From contig NC_043002.1 of assembly GCF_006345805.1 (NCBI RefSeq), positions 64,542,001 through 64,606,000 of the forward strand: a DNA stretch of 64,000 nt, given 5' to 3'. Positions 26,531 to 41,579 of the stretch are shown one piece after another. The DNA is from Octopus sinensis (Eukaryota). The notes beneath the pieces were generated by a model that was not told the DNA's origin, searched no databases, and saw only the letters and a list, made by a program, of their open reading frames with translations. Each line of letters begins with the position of its first letter. The first letter of the stretch is position 1. Position numbers and translations under genes: made by a program.

Positions 26531-29500
26531 CAGCATATTGTCTGAACCTATCTTGCTTTTAATAAAATAACTTACACCTGTCAATAACTGAAACAAGATC
26601 CTTTTCAAAGACATTCTAACATGTCCATTGTATGCATGAATTGAACTGAGGACGTATAAATGAAACGACAATCTTTATTATTACAGGAGGATAGTTATGC
26701 ACTGTATGTACCGTGTGATCTGGGGTGTTCAATTGACAGATTGGTTTAGAATATTCTCCTAGATAAAAAACCATAGCTGTGTTATTTTTCTTGTTTCTCT
26801 TGCCTGTTCCGCCATATCTGTCAAGTCTTTCTATGTTTATTTGTATAGTATAGTAGATAGGCATAGCCATTCTCCGATATATGTATGTCATGGATCCTCC
26901 ACGATCTCAACCACCCGAGTTGGATGCTTAATTATAAGAGAACAAGACTGGCAAAATAGATAGCTACATAATACTGTCTGTGTAAATTTTATAAGTGTAA
27001 TCTAGTAATCTACTGTTGATCTCTTTACCGTTCTATATAAGAGCGTCTAATATTATTGTTACTTAGCCGTTGTAATACTGCGGGGATGATACACGCTATT
27101 AAGTTTCTGTTGCACGCCGACTAATATTCAACATGGCGCATCAGATCTACTACTATTTTGAGCAGAACGTGGCTATACGTTTTGATCTTTGAAGGACAGA
27201 AATGATCTCTTATACTTTTCTTTTATGCTGAGTGCATCGCCGCCTTTTATTTCAGCATTTTATTTATATCAAGAAATTCACCTCGTACAGCAGCAAACAC
27301 ACAGATCCAAATTTTGCGTTCACGCTAAGTTCATTTCTCGAAAATTATCTCTAAATTATTTCCGTTGGGGTTTCTCTGCATTTTTTTTTATCAAAGTTAT
27401 TTTATAATATAATCTGCTGTACCATTTTTTTATGTTCTTTATTTGTTTCTTCGGGGAGTTTTTTTCCCATTTCCAGCCCGCTTTATCCAGAATGCGTACA
27501 ATACACGGACTCACACGCACAACTATATCTATCTGCGTATGTATCTATCTACATATACATATATACATATGTGCGTGTGTTTAAATGTATGCATGTGTAT
27601 GAGTGGGTGTATGTACACTCGTGGTATTTCCACATTTTTGTTCATGTTAGTCTAATTATCTTACAGTACTAATTTCAAATTTTTCATATCTCTGATTTAT
27701 ATCTTATCACTTTCATATGACACTTGTATGGGTTCTGTTCGAAGTCTACAGTTCAGTATCTCAAGGTAATTTACTTTACTCACTTTTAAGTAATATTTCA
27801 TTTCTTACTTCACAGCTGACACATATTTTTGCCCTTTTTTTATCTTCAAAAATTAATCGGGCCACCAGTGATTGCTGTTTACAACCATCTATAATATTTT
27901 ACAATGAATATTCTATATTCTGACGTTAGAAACGTCTAGGTTTTAAAAAATCCTGTTTTTCATATTCAGATGTATTGGAATTGTCTGGTACTGTGTATCA
28001 TCGTGTATACACTTCCGGTATTTCTAGTTTTGCATTCTTAGAGTATCTTATTCTGTTCCATTGTACAAAAGGAATGTTGAGTGTGGTGATTCAGCAAGGC
28101 CGCAGTCAAATGACTGAAACAAGTAAAAGAGTAAAAGAGAAAGTGTATGTATGCATATGTGTACTTGTTTCTGTGTTTCTTTTTTTCCGCGATAGCGACC
28201 CCGTAGCGTAGCTGTGCGTCAAAAAGGCACCATACAGCGCTACATCAATCAATTTCCAATAATATGCCATTAAGATAAACCGAAGTGCGTCAGGCTAGTT
28301 CCACCTCAATAATTTTTCTATTATAAACTTCAGTGATGTTTCTCTGTCCGTTACATTTGTATGTTCGTGAAGTCCTAAACCGTTGGTGCAGGGACAACAA
28401 AACTCAAACCAGCAACTCCCCTAATCTATGGGAATGTCCTAAAAGGGGTCTATTTTTTTAAGTGTCGCCTAATTGGGACGCGACTGACTCCCCCCCCCCT
28501 TATTTTTACTGCAGTGTAAACTAAATACATGGCATTGGCGACCGAATCGAAACAAAGCTAATGAATTTCATACCATGAGCTCCCAGGGAGAAATGTAAGG
28601 AAGTTCAAATACTGAAGGGTCGCTTAAATGGGGCCCCGCAGACAACTCCCTATTTTTACCGCATTTACCTCGCTCCTACGCTTATTGATCAGCATCAATG
28701 ATTAACACATTTGCTGATATAAGTTTCCTTACACAAAGGTAGGGGGCTGCGAAAGAGCCTTGTAGCAGGGCTGAAGTCCTCAATGTACCCTCCTCAGGAG
28801 CCAGCCCGGATGCCACTCGAAGGCGGCTTCTAGGTCAGTCACACAGAAATATACGAAGTCGAATTGGTATTGGAATTATTTAAAGGGGTTCTACTACTTA
28901 TGTGGATCTTGCTTTATTGTCTGTCTGCTAGGTCTTCAAAATAAAATAGTTCATGTTTATTTACTGATGAAAATTTCCCTATTAACTTGGTAATTACAGA
29001 TTTTGAATGTAATATAGTTTATTGTACTCGTTACTACAACTTTAAATCAGTTTCCTGGAAAAACAAAATGGTGGTTATGAAATAGCCAGATCTATGATCA
29101 GATCCTAAGCTGGATGTACGATACGATGCATCCGACGAGACATCATGTACAGATATAATGATTGCGGTAGATTTATACAGATATGTAACGGCTTCATGAA
29201 CATCGCAAATGTAAATGATCATTGCGAAAAAAAATAAAAAGACGCTTTACTAAGGAAGTGTTAGTTCAATGAATTCTTGCGAGAGATTATTTACTCAGGA
29301 TGCTTCACTTTACTGCATTCTGTATGGGGATGAACACATGCCGGAACCGACATTTCAGGTTATTGAAGACCCTACTGCATATTTTGCAAAAAATGCTTTC
29401 AGTTATTGTCCGATACTTTTTTAAGCGTGATCTTCCCAAAGGTTTGTCCGAATATCATAATCTCTCTGTCAATGAGGTCGTTCGCAGTGTCGCTGTTGCA

Positions 29501-30073
29501 GTTTAAAAATGTAGAAATTCATACAACTAATACATTTTTAAAACTACGCCTCCGCACAAAAGACTTTCAGGTTTCATATTTTTGAAGTTTTATCGATCTT
29601 TCATGTTGCTTCTTATTCTCATTAACTCAGATTCTAGGGTAGTATTTCTGTTTAATCTAAGGAAATGATTCTCTATACACAGTGGTTCTTCGATTTTAGC
29701 CCTCTCTCACTCACCCACTCTCTCTCTCTCTCTCAAAGTGGCTCTCTTTCCTTCTCTCTTATGTGCGTGTATATATATATATATATATGTAATATGCCGC
29801 CCACGTCCACGGCAAGTCTAGTTGCATGTTGAATGGTGAACGAAAAGCCATGACTTTTCTTTCTCTCTAACAATTTTGAAAACTATTTGAATAGCGTAAT
29901 TTACGAATAACTGTGGATGAATAATGGTAAATATATTTCAAGTTATTCGTTATTTTCTCCCAAAATGGGTGTATAATTCCGATGGTTGTAATATAAAAAA
30001 TTTTAATTAAATTGATATTTTTTTAAAGTTTATTTATTCAATTTATCTATTAAACATGAAATTAGTTGCTGTG

Positions 30074-30145
<72 letters not shown>

Positions 30146-30184
30146 GTGTTGCATATATATAAGTATACATACATACTTATATAT

Positions 30185-30310
30185 ATTGGGGAGAATTCAC
30201 AAGACAGGTGGTGTAGACAGCAAACAGATGTATTAGTTTAGCGTTCAGGAAGTGAAAGTCTTCTACGTTTCGAGCCTACGCTCTTCCACAGAAAGAAACA
30301 AGGAGAGAAA
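30185..30310 (-). mobile_element. (TA)n-embedded short repeat family A with hammerhead-like motif
   Basis: Homologous to 38450-38600, 41580-41770 and 42270-42450. Minus-strand CTGTGGAAGAGCGTAGGCTCGAAACGTA. Confidence 0.8.
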
Positions 30311-30835
30311 ATAAATATATATATATATGTAATTTCTACACTAGCATTTCGCTCAGTCGTAATTTCATATTGTAAATATATTTACTGGTAGTGAGTATTT
30401 ATCTAAGCCATTCAGCAACTGAGTAGTCACTGTTGAAGAATCAAAAATTTTACAGACGACACTAGGCTAGTCCAGTGAATCTATGACTGTGCTTCCATGC
30501 AGTTCTAAGGATATTAACTCTTATTTCTAACAACAGAGTTGCTACTGAGCAAATTCAGACTCAATTACAGACGACTGAATATTCCTTTTTGGTTTTATAT
30601 TGCACAAAACTGCCTACGTTCTATATATATATATATATATATGTACATCTGCATAAATATGTGTGTGCTTGTGTGTGTATGTATATAAATATATATATAT
30701 GCATGTGTACATATGTGTATTTGTAATTGTGTATTAGATATAAACATAGATCTACATGCACTGGTAGATACATAGATTAGAATCTTAGATCGATGATTTA
30801 GATAGCTCTAAGAATGTGTATGTAAATATATGTGG

Positions 30836-30867
<32 letters not shown>

Positions 30868-30983
30868 TATATATCATTATATATATATCATTATCATTAT
30901 CTATCTATCTATCTATCTGTCTGTCTGTCTATCTACATATATATATATATATGTTTGTATTATTTGCATTATTCCCTTGTTAA

Positions 30984-31025
<42 letters not shown>

Positions 31026-32166
31026 TATTGTAAGCATGAAACTACCTATTGTATGTACATATGCACACATCTGTATATATATACATTTCGATATATACAC
31101 ACCCATACAAACTTACATGTATGCCTACATCCATATAAATGTAAAGGCGACGTTAACACAAATCTAGTTATTAATGTCGAACTAATATCATTTTCATCTC
31201 CTTTGAAATGATCATTTTATAAAACGAATAACGTATCATTTGAATGTTTTCCCAAAATAGTTATGTTTTTCTGCATATATATGGCTAACATTTGAACTCC
31301 GTCTTGTAAGTTTAGAAAACATTCAAAACTATTTCAAACTAAAATATATTTAATATAATATATTTAGCCTTTGGTGTGTATTCTCTAATGTAAATGTATA
31401 CTCTGCTGTAGGTAGCAGTAGTAGAGAACATACATCACTCTATGTTTCTCTCTCAATTTCTCTTTCCTTTCTTTCTCACTATATGTATATACTTATATAT
31501 CTATATATATATATATATATATATACGTATGTACATATATATATATATGTATGTATGTGTGTATGTATGTACATATTTAACTATGTATATATGTATACAT
31601 ACATACACACATATATATAATATATATATATATACATATATACATAGATACATCTGTACATACATATATACATACATATATACATACATATATACATATA
31701 TATATATATTATATATATGTAACTATTTAGGTATATAGGTACACCTATATATGTATGAATGTATGCATATACATGTGTGCCTGTATGTTTGTATATCTGT
31801 GACTGTATGTATACAAATATACATTTATAACTAATTCACTCTTAATGTACATATATCAGCAGTATATTTTTAAATATTCGTAGATAAAAAAAACGTTATC
31901 AAAGTTTGGTATACGAACATTTCGCCACACGTTTTATTCCCGCCCACGCGCTACCGTGTTTCCTTTTTCTACAAAAAAAAAAAAAAAAGGCGCACTCTCT
32001 GTGACAACGGTATTTAATTGAAAATTATATATAGCTATATTTTTCGGTCGTTTTGTTTTATTCACTGTATTGGTACAACTTAGTTTCACTGTCAGCCTAG
32101 TTTTTCTTTACGTCTATTTATTTCTCTGCAATTTGTCACACACACACACACACACACATACACGCA

Positions 32167-32210
<44 letters not shown>

Positions 32211-32235
32211 CATAGGTACGACTATTTGCACAGTC

Positions 32236-32272
<37 letters not shown>

Positions 32273-34161
32273 GATATATATATATATATATATGTGTGTG
32301 TGTATGTATGTATGTATGTATATATATATATATATAAATTGCAAGCCGACAGAGTGAGGAAAGTATTGTTGATGGTTTACAACAAGATGTTTATTCAGCT
32401 GACCAAATATTGGATTCCTTTTAAAATCAACCATAGATCTATCACTTTTACAATCGTAAGAAACCTTAGAATCTTCTTTTATGTAAATAGAAAGCTTAAC
32501 GTTGCGTCGTTTCTAAAGATACCTAACAAACTCACACACACATTCAATGTCTATTTCATTTAATATAACTCTGTTGTGTTTTGTATACTATCTTTTTGTC
32601 TGATCTGAAAACACCTGCAATCACGTATCCACAATATTTGTTGGGTTTTTTTTTCAGGTACATACACATGATGTATATTCGATATATAATAAATCACAAA
32701 ACTTTATTAAACTAACACATTTTTCACATTGTTTCTCTACTGGTTTATTGATAAAAAGAATTCCTTTTCGATCAACTTTAAATGCATAGAAGCGTAAAAT
32801 CTCACGCAATGTTCAAATTTAATATACGATTTGAATGGAAATCCTTGAGATTACGTTGACTAAACTTTCATGTATATCAACATAAATACTTGAAAAGAAG
32901 GAGCGGAAAACTAAATACAAACTCCATTGGCATGTGTACAAAGTAGAGAAATATTAAAAACGGTCTTAATGTTTTGTATATATAAATATTTTTTCAAAAT
33001 CTTTGATAATGACATTGAAACACGAAATTACATTTAAAGCGGGATATATTATTTTTTCATACTTTTTGTATAGGATATCAGATGTAATATTTTGCAGTCG
33101 AATGAGAATAGTGTCAGAAAGAACAAGAGAAAGAAGGGATGATAATAATATAACAGTTCGGGAAATCTTTGAAATTTACAATGGTAAAATATCGTATATA
33201 ATTATTTTCAAAATTAAAATACATCTGCTGCCGTTTTATCAGGTAAAAAGCGCAATTAATTAACAGTAAATTACTTAATTTTTTTTGTAAATTAAAGATT
33301 CTTGGTCAAACAATAGATTTTCTTTCTTTTAATTTTGAATATTATCTTTTGTCTTTTTTTTTTCGTATTAAAAATATCGAGTACTATTACATGGTTTACA
33401 GTTTAAAGTTTCAAAGTGGGAAATTCAAATATATAGCTTTCATCATATGGTTTCGTATCAAGATTTGTTATTACTTTTCCAGTATCAAATAAACTTCGAT
33501 TAAGTATCGTCTGCAGTATTGGGCAAAAATTTCATTGTTTACCTATTTTAAGCTACACATTAGACTTAAGTGCTTTCTGATAAAGTGTTTCATTCTTCAG
33601 TAATCGTTATATTTATGTGTGACTCGGAATTCCAATAAACAATAGTGCGTTTCAAACATTTATAATTTAAAGAATATAAAGCGGTCTTTATACTATTGTT
33701 TGATTGAATGAGATTTAGAAATAGCTCTAAATATAAAGTTAGCGTAGTCGGTATTAGACAAATTGTCAGCAAAGTTACAATGATATTGTTATTTCTGAAA
33801 CTTGTAAGGTGTTTGTTATGTTCGGAAATGTATTTATAGAAAACATTCCTGAGTTTCTAACGGTCTATCTGCTGACTTGAAGATTTTCAGATTAATTGTA
33901 CTATAACATATTGCGATTTCTGTTTATATTATAATGCATTTCGTCTCATACTTAAACTGATCCGTGATACAGCTTCCATTTAGCATTGACTGAATTCAGA
34001 AAATAATTTTATGTGGGTGTTTGATGTTGAAAGATAACTCTTTTAATTGAATAAGTTTTTAGATACTCCATCAGTAAGTTTTTGGTAACTAATTTCAGAG
34101 TGTAAAAAATATCAAGTATTTTAGTTTACTAACCACATTTTATCAAAATAAAAATGAGACA

Positions 34162-34244
<83 letters not shown>

Positions 34245-34335
34245 GTATCTATGTATACACACACACAAAAATATACCTGTTGTATGAACATGCTTATGCT
34301 TGTATGTATGTATACATGTTTATGCATCTCTATAC

Positions 34336-34386
<51 letters not shown>

Positions 34387-34876
34387 TATACATGTGTGTA
34401 TGTGTTTATATGTGTGGGGCGTGTGCGTCCATGCCCACATTGTAGCGGATGAATTTGTCTCCTCAAATCTTTGAAAAATACGAAAATATAGTTTACAATT
34501 GCGATAGTAAATTTCCAAGTAAAAAAATACGAAAAAAATCTGTTATTTCCTGACTTTTTTACGAATATATCATCATTCTCATATCTGTGTGACTAATATT
34601 CTGAAATCACGTTTTCTCACTATCTCCAGTTGATTAAAGAACAAATTCATATTACTGATATAATTCTAGCTGATGTTTCACAATATAACATTTACTATGT
34701 AGAACAGATAATCTGCAAAATGGAATATTGCCGGAAGTTTGGTCTGCTGCGTTCCCCTTTCTCGCAATAAGTGATCGACATAATTCATCAAATAATCATA
34801 TTGCTACTTCGAGTGTTCTCTCTTCTAATATATCTGCAATAAGTAAAGAGGAATCAACAGAAAATCTGTTGCTTAT

Positions 34877-34942
<66 letters not shown>

Positions 34943-35770
34943 CTTCTGTTAGTACTGCAACTGGCAGTGTTTTTGATAGTATTTCTTACCATCCGTTCAG
35001 ACTTCCTCTCACTGAAACGGAAACAGTCATTGCAATAATAATCGTCTAGTCCTTCGGAGAGTGTTTAATTCTCCATTTCTCTCAAGGACATTAGCAATCT
35101 TTTACCATATCAGTAGTGGCTCATTTTTATTTTATTATGCATTTGACAGTCAATACTTGCTTCTGACGAAGCAGAAGAAGGCGGAAATGCACAGTAGTTA
35201 AACGTTGTTAAATGATTATTCTCTGCGATGGATATACGTCTTTGTTCTGCAACACTTCAATAAGACAGATTATATAGGGACAAATAACGCAGGTTTTCAA
35301 TGATGCATCTGTTCTAAATAAGATACACAGATTTGTGTTTTAGCCTCATACTGTAGAAGATGAAACAACACAGAATATATTCTTTTGATGATTCGATATA
35401 GATAACATTTGCAGATATGTGCACTTTTAGAAGCCTTATTAGATAAAGAAATTTGAGAAGGCGTCATCGTTCCCTGTTTCACATGTTCATGCGTCTATTT
35501 ATCTATATATCTTTTGTTACATTTAAAAGAGTTTCGTCTGGTTGTTGTTGCAGGTCTCTTCCTTCAGTGCTACGATACTATTAACAAAACGTGCTTGATA
35601 TAATTTATACTCTAGAATTAACATATGCATGCAGACAATGTAACGACACTTGTAACAATTATTAATTTTGACTTCCAAACCCGAGACACCTTCGCTGGAA
35701 TGTTCCAGCTTATTTGTGCACGAGATATTAAACATATATATGCTATGTATGTTATATTTTTCTCCTATAG

Positions 35771-35791
35771 GCACAACGCCTGAGCGTCGGG
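35771..35791 (+). other. Candidate 21-nt microexon (AQRLSVG in phase 0 or GTTPERR in phase 1)
   Basis: Acceptor TTTTTCTCCTATAG, donor GG/GTGAGG, length a multiple of 3, upstream TGC, unique flanks. Confidence 0.4.
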
Positions 35792-35899
35792 GTGAGGTTG
35801 TTAGTCGATTACATTCACATCAGAACATAACTGGTATTATTCTATTAAATTGTCTATTATTCTATATGAAATCACATGTGACGGCAGATGGGTTATTGG

Positions 35900-36545
35900 C
35901 TGAGGAGTGGGATACAGTGGGAGGAAGGGGAGGAAGATAATTGGAGTTGTGAAAGGTATGCTGAGAGATGAATGGTTGAATATGCAAGCCTAAAGAGGTC
36001 TGAAAGAGGGCGTGATTGTGCCGACAATGTTATCTGGTGTAGAGACGTAGAGGCTGACAGAGACGGAAGGGAGGTGACTAGATGTGTTTGAGATGAGATG
36101 TCTGAGGGTTCCGGTCGGTCGAAAACGGGTGGACAGGAGGAGGAATGAGGAAATGCGAAGGCGAGTAAGAACAAGAGAAAAACTAACTACCAAAATGGAT
36201 AGACGAAAGTTGAAGTAGTTTGGCCACATGGAGAAGATGGATGAGAATCGGATAGGATGGAGGGGTATGAAGGCAGAAATGGTAGGCAGCAGAAAAAGAG
36301 GCAGATCTCTGTATAGGTGGATGGATGAAGTGAGGAAAGCTTTGGTGGTTAGAGGTGTTGGAGTTAGAGATAAGGCTGGGCGTAAAGCAGCATATGCAGT
36401 GGAGCTCCGCTGCTGATATTAGGGGTTACGTTCTATACCTTGACACTATCATAAAACGCGACTCGACTCTTTGAACTGGGAAATGAACGGAATGCCTGGT
36501 GTTTGACTTGTGGCTACCCAATCCTACAAACTAGGGAATACACCT
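35900..36545 (+). mobile_element. RTE-clade LINE 3' fragment
   Basis: Decayed VIVPTMLSGVET...FEMRCLR...RNEEMRRR...FGHMEKMDENR...GSRKRGRS...RWMDEV. Confidence 0.88.
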
Positions 36546-36629
36546 GGGTATATATATATATATCGGACGAAATGCCACTGAGGTCTTTGTGAGGCTTTTT
36601 GATGATTTCGCCACCACAATGCTTTAAGC

Positions 36630-37190
36630 ACTTATGTAATTTTAGTTTCAAATTTTACCACAAGGCCAGCAATTTCGGGAAGCGGGATAACGTAGGTACA
36701 TCGACTCCAGTACTCAACTGGTATTTAGTTTATCGAAGCCAAAATGAAGAAAGGCTACGTCAGGCTCGGCGGAATTTAAAGCTAGGTCTGAAAAAAGGAC
36801 GAAATGCCGCTAAGCATTTTGCTCGGCATACTGACTAATCTAGCAGCTCAAATTTTGTCATGAGACCAAGGATTTTGGAGTTTTTCTCTAAGTAGTTTAT
36901 ATCAAGGCCTGTGTTCAACTGGGGCTTTTCGACCCCGAAAAATTGAAATGCAAAGTCAACCTTCAAGGATTTGAACTCAGAGCCTAAAGATGGACGAAGT
37001 GCTGCTAAACACTTTGACCGGCGTGCAAACGATTCTATCAATTCGCCGCAATGTTTAACGTACGACATCAAATTTACCTTCATAATTCTAGGTCGGTAAA
37101 ATGAATACCAATTGAGTACTGTGGTCGATATATTCGACTAGAACACAACCCCTGCAATTATTGGGCTTGTCCCAAAATCTAAACCCAACA
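36630..37190 (-). mobile_element. Two diverged family 1 SINEs (minus) plus a plus-strand fragment
   Basis: GGCGGAATTT, GGATTTGAACTCAGA and central-block remnants. Confidence 0.7.
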
Positions 37191-37517
37191 TTCCCTCTGT
37201 AGATTCTCCATCACCTCCCGTGAAGACCGCAGGAAAATTTAGAAGTGGCGCCATTCTTTCCGTACTGCTTCTATGGAATGGTGATTCAAAAGTCAGTAAG
37301 CAGATCCTGAGTGTAAATTTTTGTATTGTACATCATTTCCAGTTTCCTATATTTTTTCGTTTCACACCTTCCTTCCAAACATCTTGTCTACGTCGCTTAT
37401 TACAATCATGCATATATGCACGCGCACAAACATATACACGTATGTATGCATGAATGCATGAATGCAAATATACATACTTATATGTGATACCAATACCTAT
37501 ATCTATAACTATCACTT

Positions 37518-37554
<37 letters not shown>

Positions 37555-38310
37555 ATGTGTATTTCTATATTTCTATACGTATATATATATATGTATCTAT
37601 TGACATATGTGTAAGAGTAAGTATATATATATGTGCATGTGTACTTCTTTGTGTGTGTGTGTGGGTGTGTGAGTGTGTGTGTGTCTGTGTGTGTCTGTGT
37701 TTGTGTGTGTGTGTGTGTGTGTGTAAATATGTACATAGACACAGAAATGTATTTAAATGTATATATTTACTATTCCATTTCACAACGGATATTTATCTTG
37801 TCTTCTTGTCATATAATAAGTTATTACAAATAGTCTAACGTACAAAATTCTATATACCGCAGTTCGAGATTACATTAGGTGTGTAGTAATTTCTTCAGCA
37901 ATTGAAATTATAAAGCTGGGGTATATAGTTTGACGTCAAGGTAAAATGCATTATCGTTATACAATAAATATAATGTTTCTATAGATTATATCAAAACTAG
38001 AATTTGAAGACAGTAAAAGCAAAAGCGCGATAAATCCCATATCGAAAACACAATTATTATCGCGGTGAAAATGGTATCTACCCGGCAGCACGTAGATTGA
38101 TAATTTTTTGCAATCATAGATGAATTTATGAAATGATATTTGGTCAGAGTTGAGTAATAGTTGGAAGTGCTCACAGTTTGCATTCGTATCCCAGAAACAT
38201 AGCCGGATTATATGAATACATGCTGATGCATATGAATATAAAGAGAAATTATGATATATATATATATATATATATATAGTTATAATTTTCTTACGAAATA
38301 CATAGCCGTA

Positions 38311-38360
<50 letters not shown>

Positions 38361-38449
38361 TTTTTATTTTTTCATTTTATCTAGTTTCAGCTCACTAGTT
38401 GTGGCCATGCTGGGGCACTGCCATTCATATATACATATACATTGTTGAA

Positions 38450-38600
38450 ATTTATAGAAAAACAAAAGACGAAGATAGTTGTATGAACAACAAGCAGTTG
38501 TGCTATTTTGACGCTCGGGAAAACGAAAAAAAGCCTTTAAAGTTTCGAGCCTACGCTCTTCAACAAAGAGGAATAAGAGAAAATTAACACAGAGTTAATG
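38450..38600 (-). mobile_element. Repeat family A copy (degenerate hammerhead motif)
   Basis: TTTCGAGCCTACGCTCTTCAAC on the plus strand. Confidence 0.7.
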
Positions 38601-39812
38601 AATATATATATATATATTATATATATATATATATACAGAAAATGTATTGTAAAATTCTCGAGCAGATATTTTCTTCGGGATTTCAATAACAAAGCGAATA
38701 GAAATGGCCGCAGGATTTCACGCTTTCGATATTTGAGGTTGTCAAGGCAACTGAGAAGCACCGTAGCAACACATTACGGTGCATATCTGAGCAGGTGATA
38801 TTCGGAGAGGATATTTAAGTGAGAATGGCAGGAGGAATAAAGTGAAACTAGGAATTGAAGCAAATGAACTTGAGAAGAAAGGAAAATGTGGTGATCTGAA
38901 AGATTAAGTTAAAGAGAGTCATTGCTAAACTCAGATAGGTTCAAGGATTGGAAGGAAAGGTGTTCATTCCAACAAGTAGCTTCTGTGATATTGTGTTTGC
39001 ACAAGGAACGTTGATCTTTAGAAGACTGATCTATAGCTTACACAGATGCAAGCGCTTTTTATATCATAAGGTCGCACACTAGAAAATTGGAATATCCTTT
39101 TCTTTTTCTTTTCTAAGTAGGTAACTACAAATAGCCTAGCATATTTAATAGCGTAATTCTAAAGTGCCGACAAAAGCGATCGCCAAGGCGATGGCCTGTT
39201 TACCAAATGTGAATCGAACTGCTGTATTTGCAGTTGGGGTTCTATATGAGGTTTCATTAACAGCCTTACTGCCATCTCCTTGCCTATTTCACAGACCATA
39301 TTCCTACATACTTCTGCTGCAAATCTCTCAGCCTCATATATTAGGTTGTGTGCAATTTGTTATGGAGCATAGAATTTGCGTAAATCAGGATATTTTATTT
39401 TACATGATCTACAGCGCGAGCATAGGTGGAGGACGCTGTATGCAAGCCAGAGCAAGACTGTTACCCATATATATCAAAGTAAATTTCTTCTACAAGTCTA
39501 CGCCGTATATCCGAAGAGAAAGCATTATTTTGCAACTCCGAAACTTGACACATGAGCAGCTCGAAAAACTCTACCTCTGTCTCTCTCTCTCCATCTTGCC
39601 CTCTCTCTGTTTCCATAGATTTGCATAAATTAGTATAAAGCTAATATTGTCCATACTGGGTCAGAATTCAAAACTTACCTGTTTAAAATTTTACCTGAGA
39701 TGGCAGATAGTATAACGTGAGAATATTTATGACCGCATTAAATATAATTTTATGAAAACGGCTGTCGAAAATTTTAAACGACATTATTGTCTACTTTGCA
39801 TAAATATATACA

Positions 39813-40697
39813 TACAGGTTGCGATGGCAAAATTGTCGTTTTATATTTTTAATTTAACGCTTACGAATGTCTTGCTTTTGCATTTTCCGACTACACTGTA
39901 TAGTAGGGTCAGTTGGGCACCATCTGTGTGAAAACCAGCACCATGACGCAATTCACTCTGCCAGAAATTTTGAAAGATGCTGTAGTACTTGGCATTTGAG
40001 CTGAAAGCTCCAACACAAATATACCAGAGTGTCTGGGTGTCAATCTGAGGTCAGCACAATCTGAGTACATGTACCGATAGTGATGAAATCAAACATCCAT
40101 TCAACATCATGGAGTTTTGAGTGACCACTGGTGATGGCGACGTTATGCCTTCATTCATCTTTCCACATGGCTTCACAACTAACACGTAGGCCTACATCAT
40201 GTACCTAGAGGAAATAATGCTGCCATGGGTTTGTCAAAAGGGTGACTGCAGAAAGACCCTATGTCTGGCAACAGGACTCTAAACCATGCCACACAGGCAA
40301 GAGAAATCAGTCATGGCTGTCAGACAATTTCTGCGACCACATTTCCCTAAATTCTGGCCATCTAAATCTCCCCAGTCTGCAACCCCATTGACTACTGTGC
40401 GGGGCGCAATTGAGCGATATACCAACAAAACTCTCCTTGTAATACCAAAGTTAAACTGAAGGCAAGGATTATGGAATCATTTAAAAACTTCGATATGGAG
40501 ATAGTCCAGAAGAGTTGCAGGAGATTACGAAGTCGTCTGGAGGCCATGACTGACGCAAATGGAGATTCTATTGAATAAATTTACACTTTAGTATTTAAAG
40601 ATATTTTTGTTTAATTTTGGTAAATATATCTGTTAAAATGAGACCCGGGTATTATTTTCACTTTGGGGTAATATAGACGTCAGTCTATTCACCGTAC

Positions 40698-40700
<3 letters not shown>
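39813..40700 (+). mobile_element. Internally deleted maT (DD37D) transposon relic
   Basis: YVWQQDSKPCHTGKRNQSWLSDNFCDHI..., RLEAMTDANGDSIE*. Starts TA-CAGGTTGCG. Homologous to 1228-2088. Confidence 0.85.
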
Positions 40701-40737
<37 letters not shown>

Positions 40738-41134
40738 TATGTACATACATACATTTATACATTCATACAAACATCGAATCTGTGTGGCTTTATAGCGCGA
40801 GTGAAATATACGTAGAAACCACAGCCGAGAATATAGTTTATAGATTTAATAATTTTTGGAACAAAATTTCCTCCAAATTAACTGGTAGTAATTATGTTAA
40901 TACACTGTGACAATATCAAATATGAAATTGCGTAATCAAACAGGTTCCAGTAAGAGAAGAATGAACGAAACTCGATGAAAAACATTAAATTTTAAAGCGG
41001 TCCATTATTGCACAGAGAGAAAGAAAAAACACTTCGGAAAATTTAGGGAATATAACTTTTACAAAGCGCTAAGTTATAAGAATTACTCAAACCTACACAG
41101 AGACATTCATACACACACAGACATAAATACATAT

Positions 41135-41171
<37 letters not shown>

Positions 41172-41579
41172 CTGTGTGTGTGTATGTATATATATATATA
41201 TATATGTTTGTATATGAATGCATAATTGCAGATGTGCGCAACACCGTGTATAATTAGATGATATTAAGGAACGCTATTGTATTTTAATGTATATTAGAGC
41301 TTGTTAAATACGTATAAATTTGCATTCACTCTAGTTATCTTTCTTACATGAGATTATCATATTCATTCCCTATTTAAATTAAACGCAAAATAAAACATAC
41401 CCGCTATCGTACACATGATCATTCGTACATATAGACGCATATAACCAAACGTACATGCACGGATATACACACATATGAAAGTGTATATCTATCAGTTTAT
41501 CTATCTACTTATCTAAATATATTTATCTCTCTCTCTCTGTCTCTCACCCTCTATCTCTATGTATGTATATATTTATATG

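Noticed and set aside
28739-28833. GC-richer stretch bounded by AG and GTCAGT
   Set aside because: Stops or unrecognisable peptide in the available frames, weak acceptor, no other support.
34063-34073. 11-nt AG...GTAAGT microexon-like site; also 8-nt site at 50606-50613
   Set aside because: Not multiples of three and short pyrimidine tracts; such pairs occur by chance.
39164-39628. Longest non-repetitive ORF (154 aa, GTG start)
   Set aside because: No recognisable domain, no ATG start or splice context, and it ends in a CT-rich tract.
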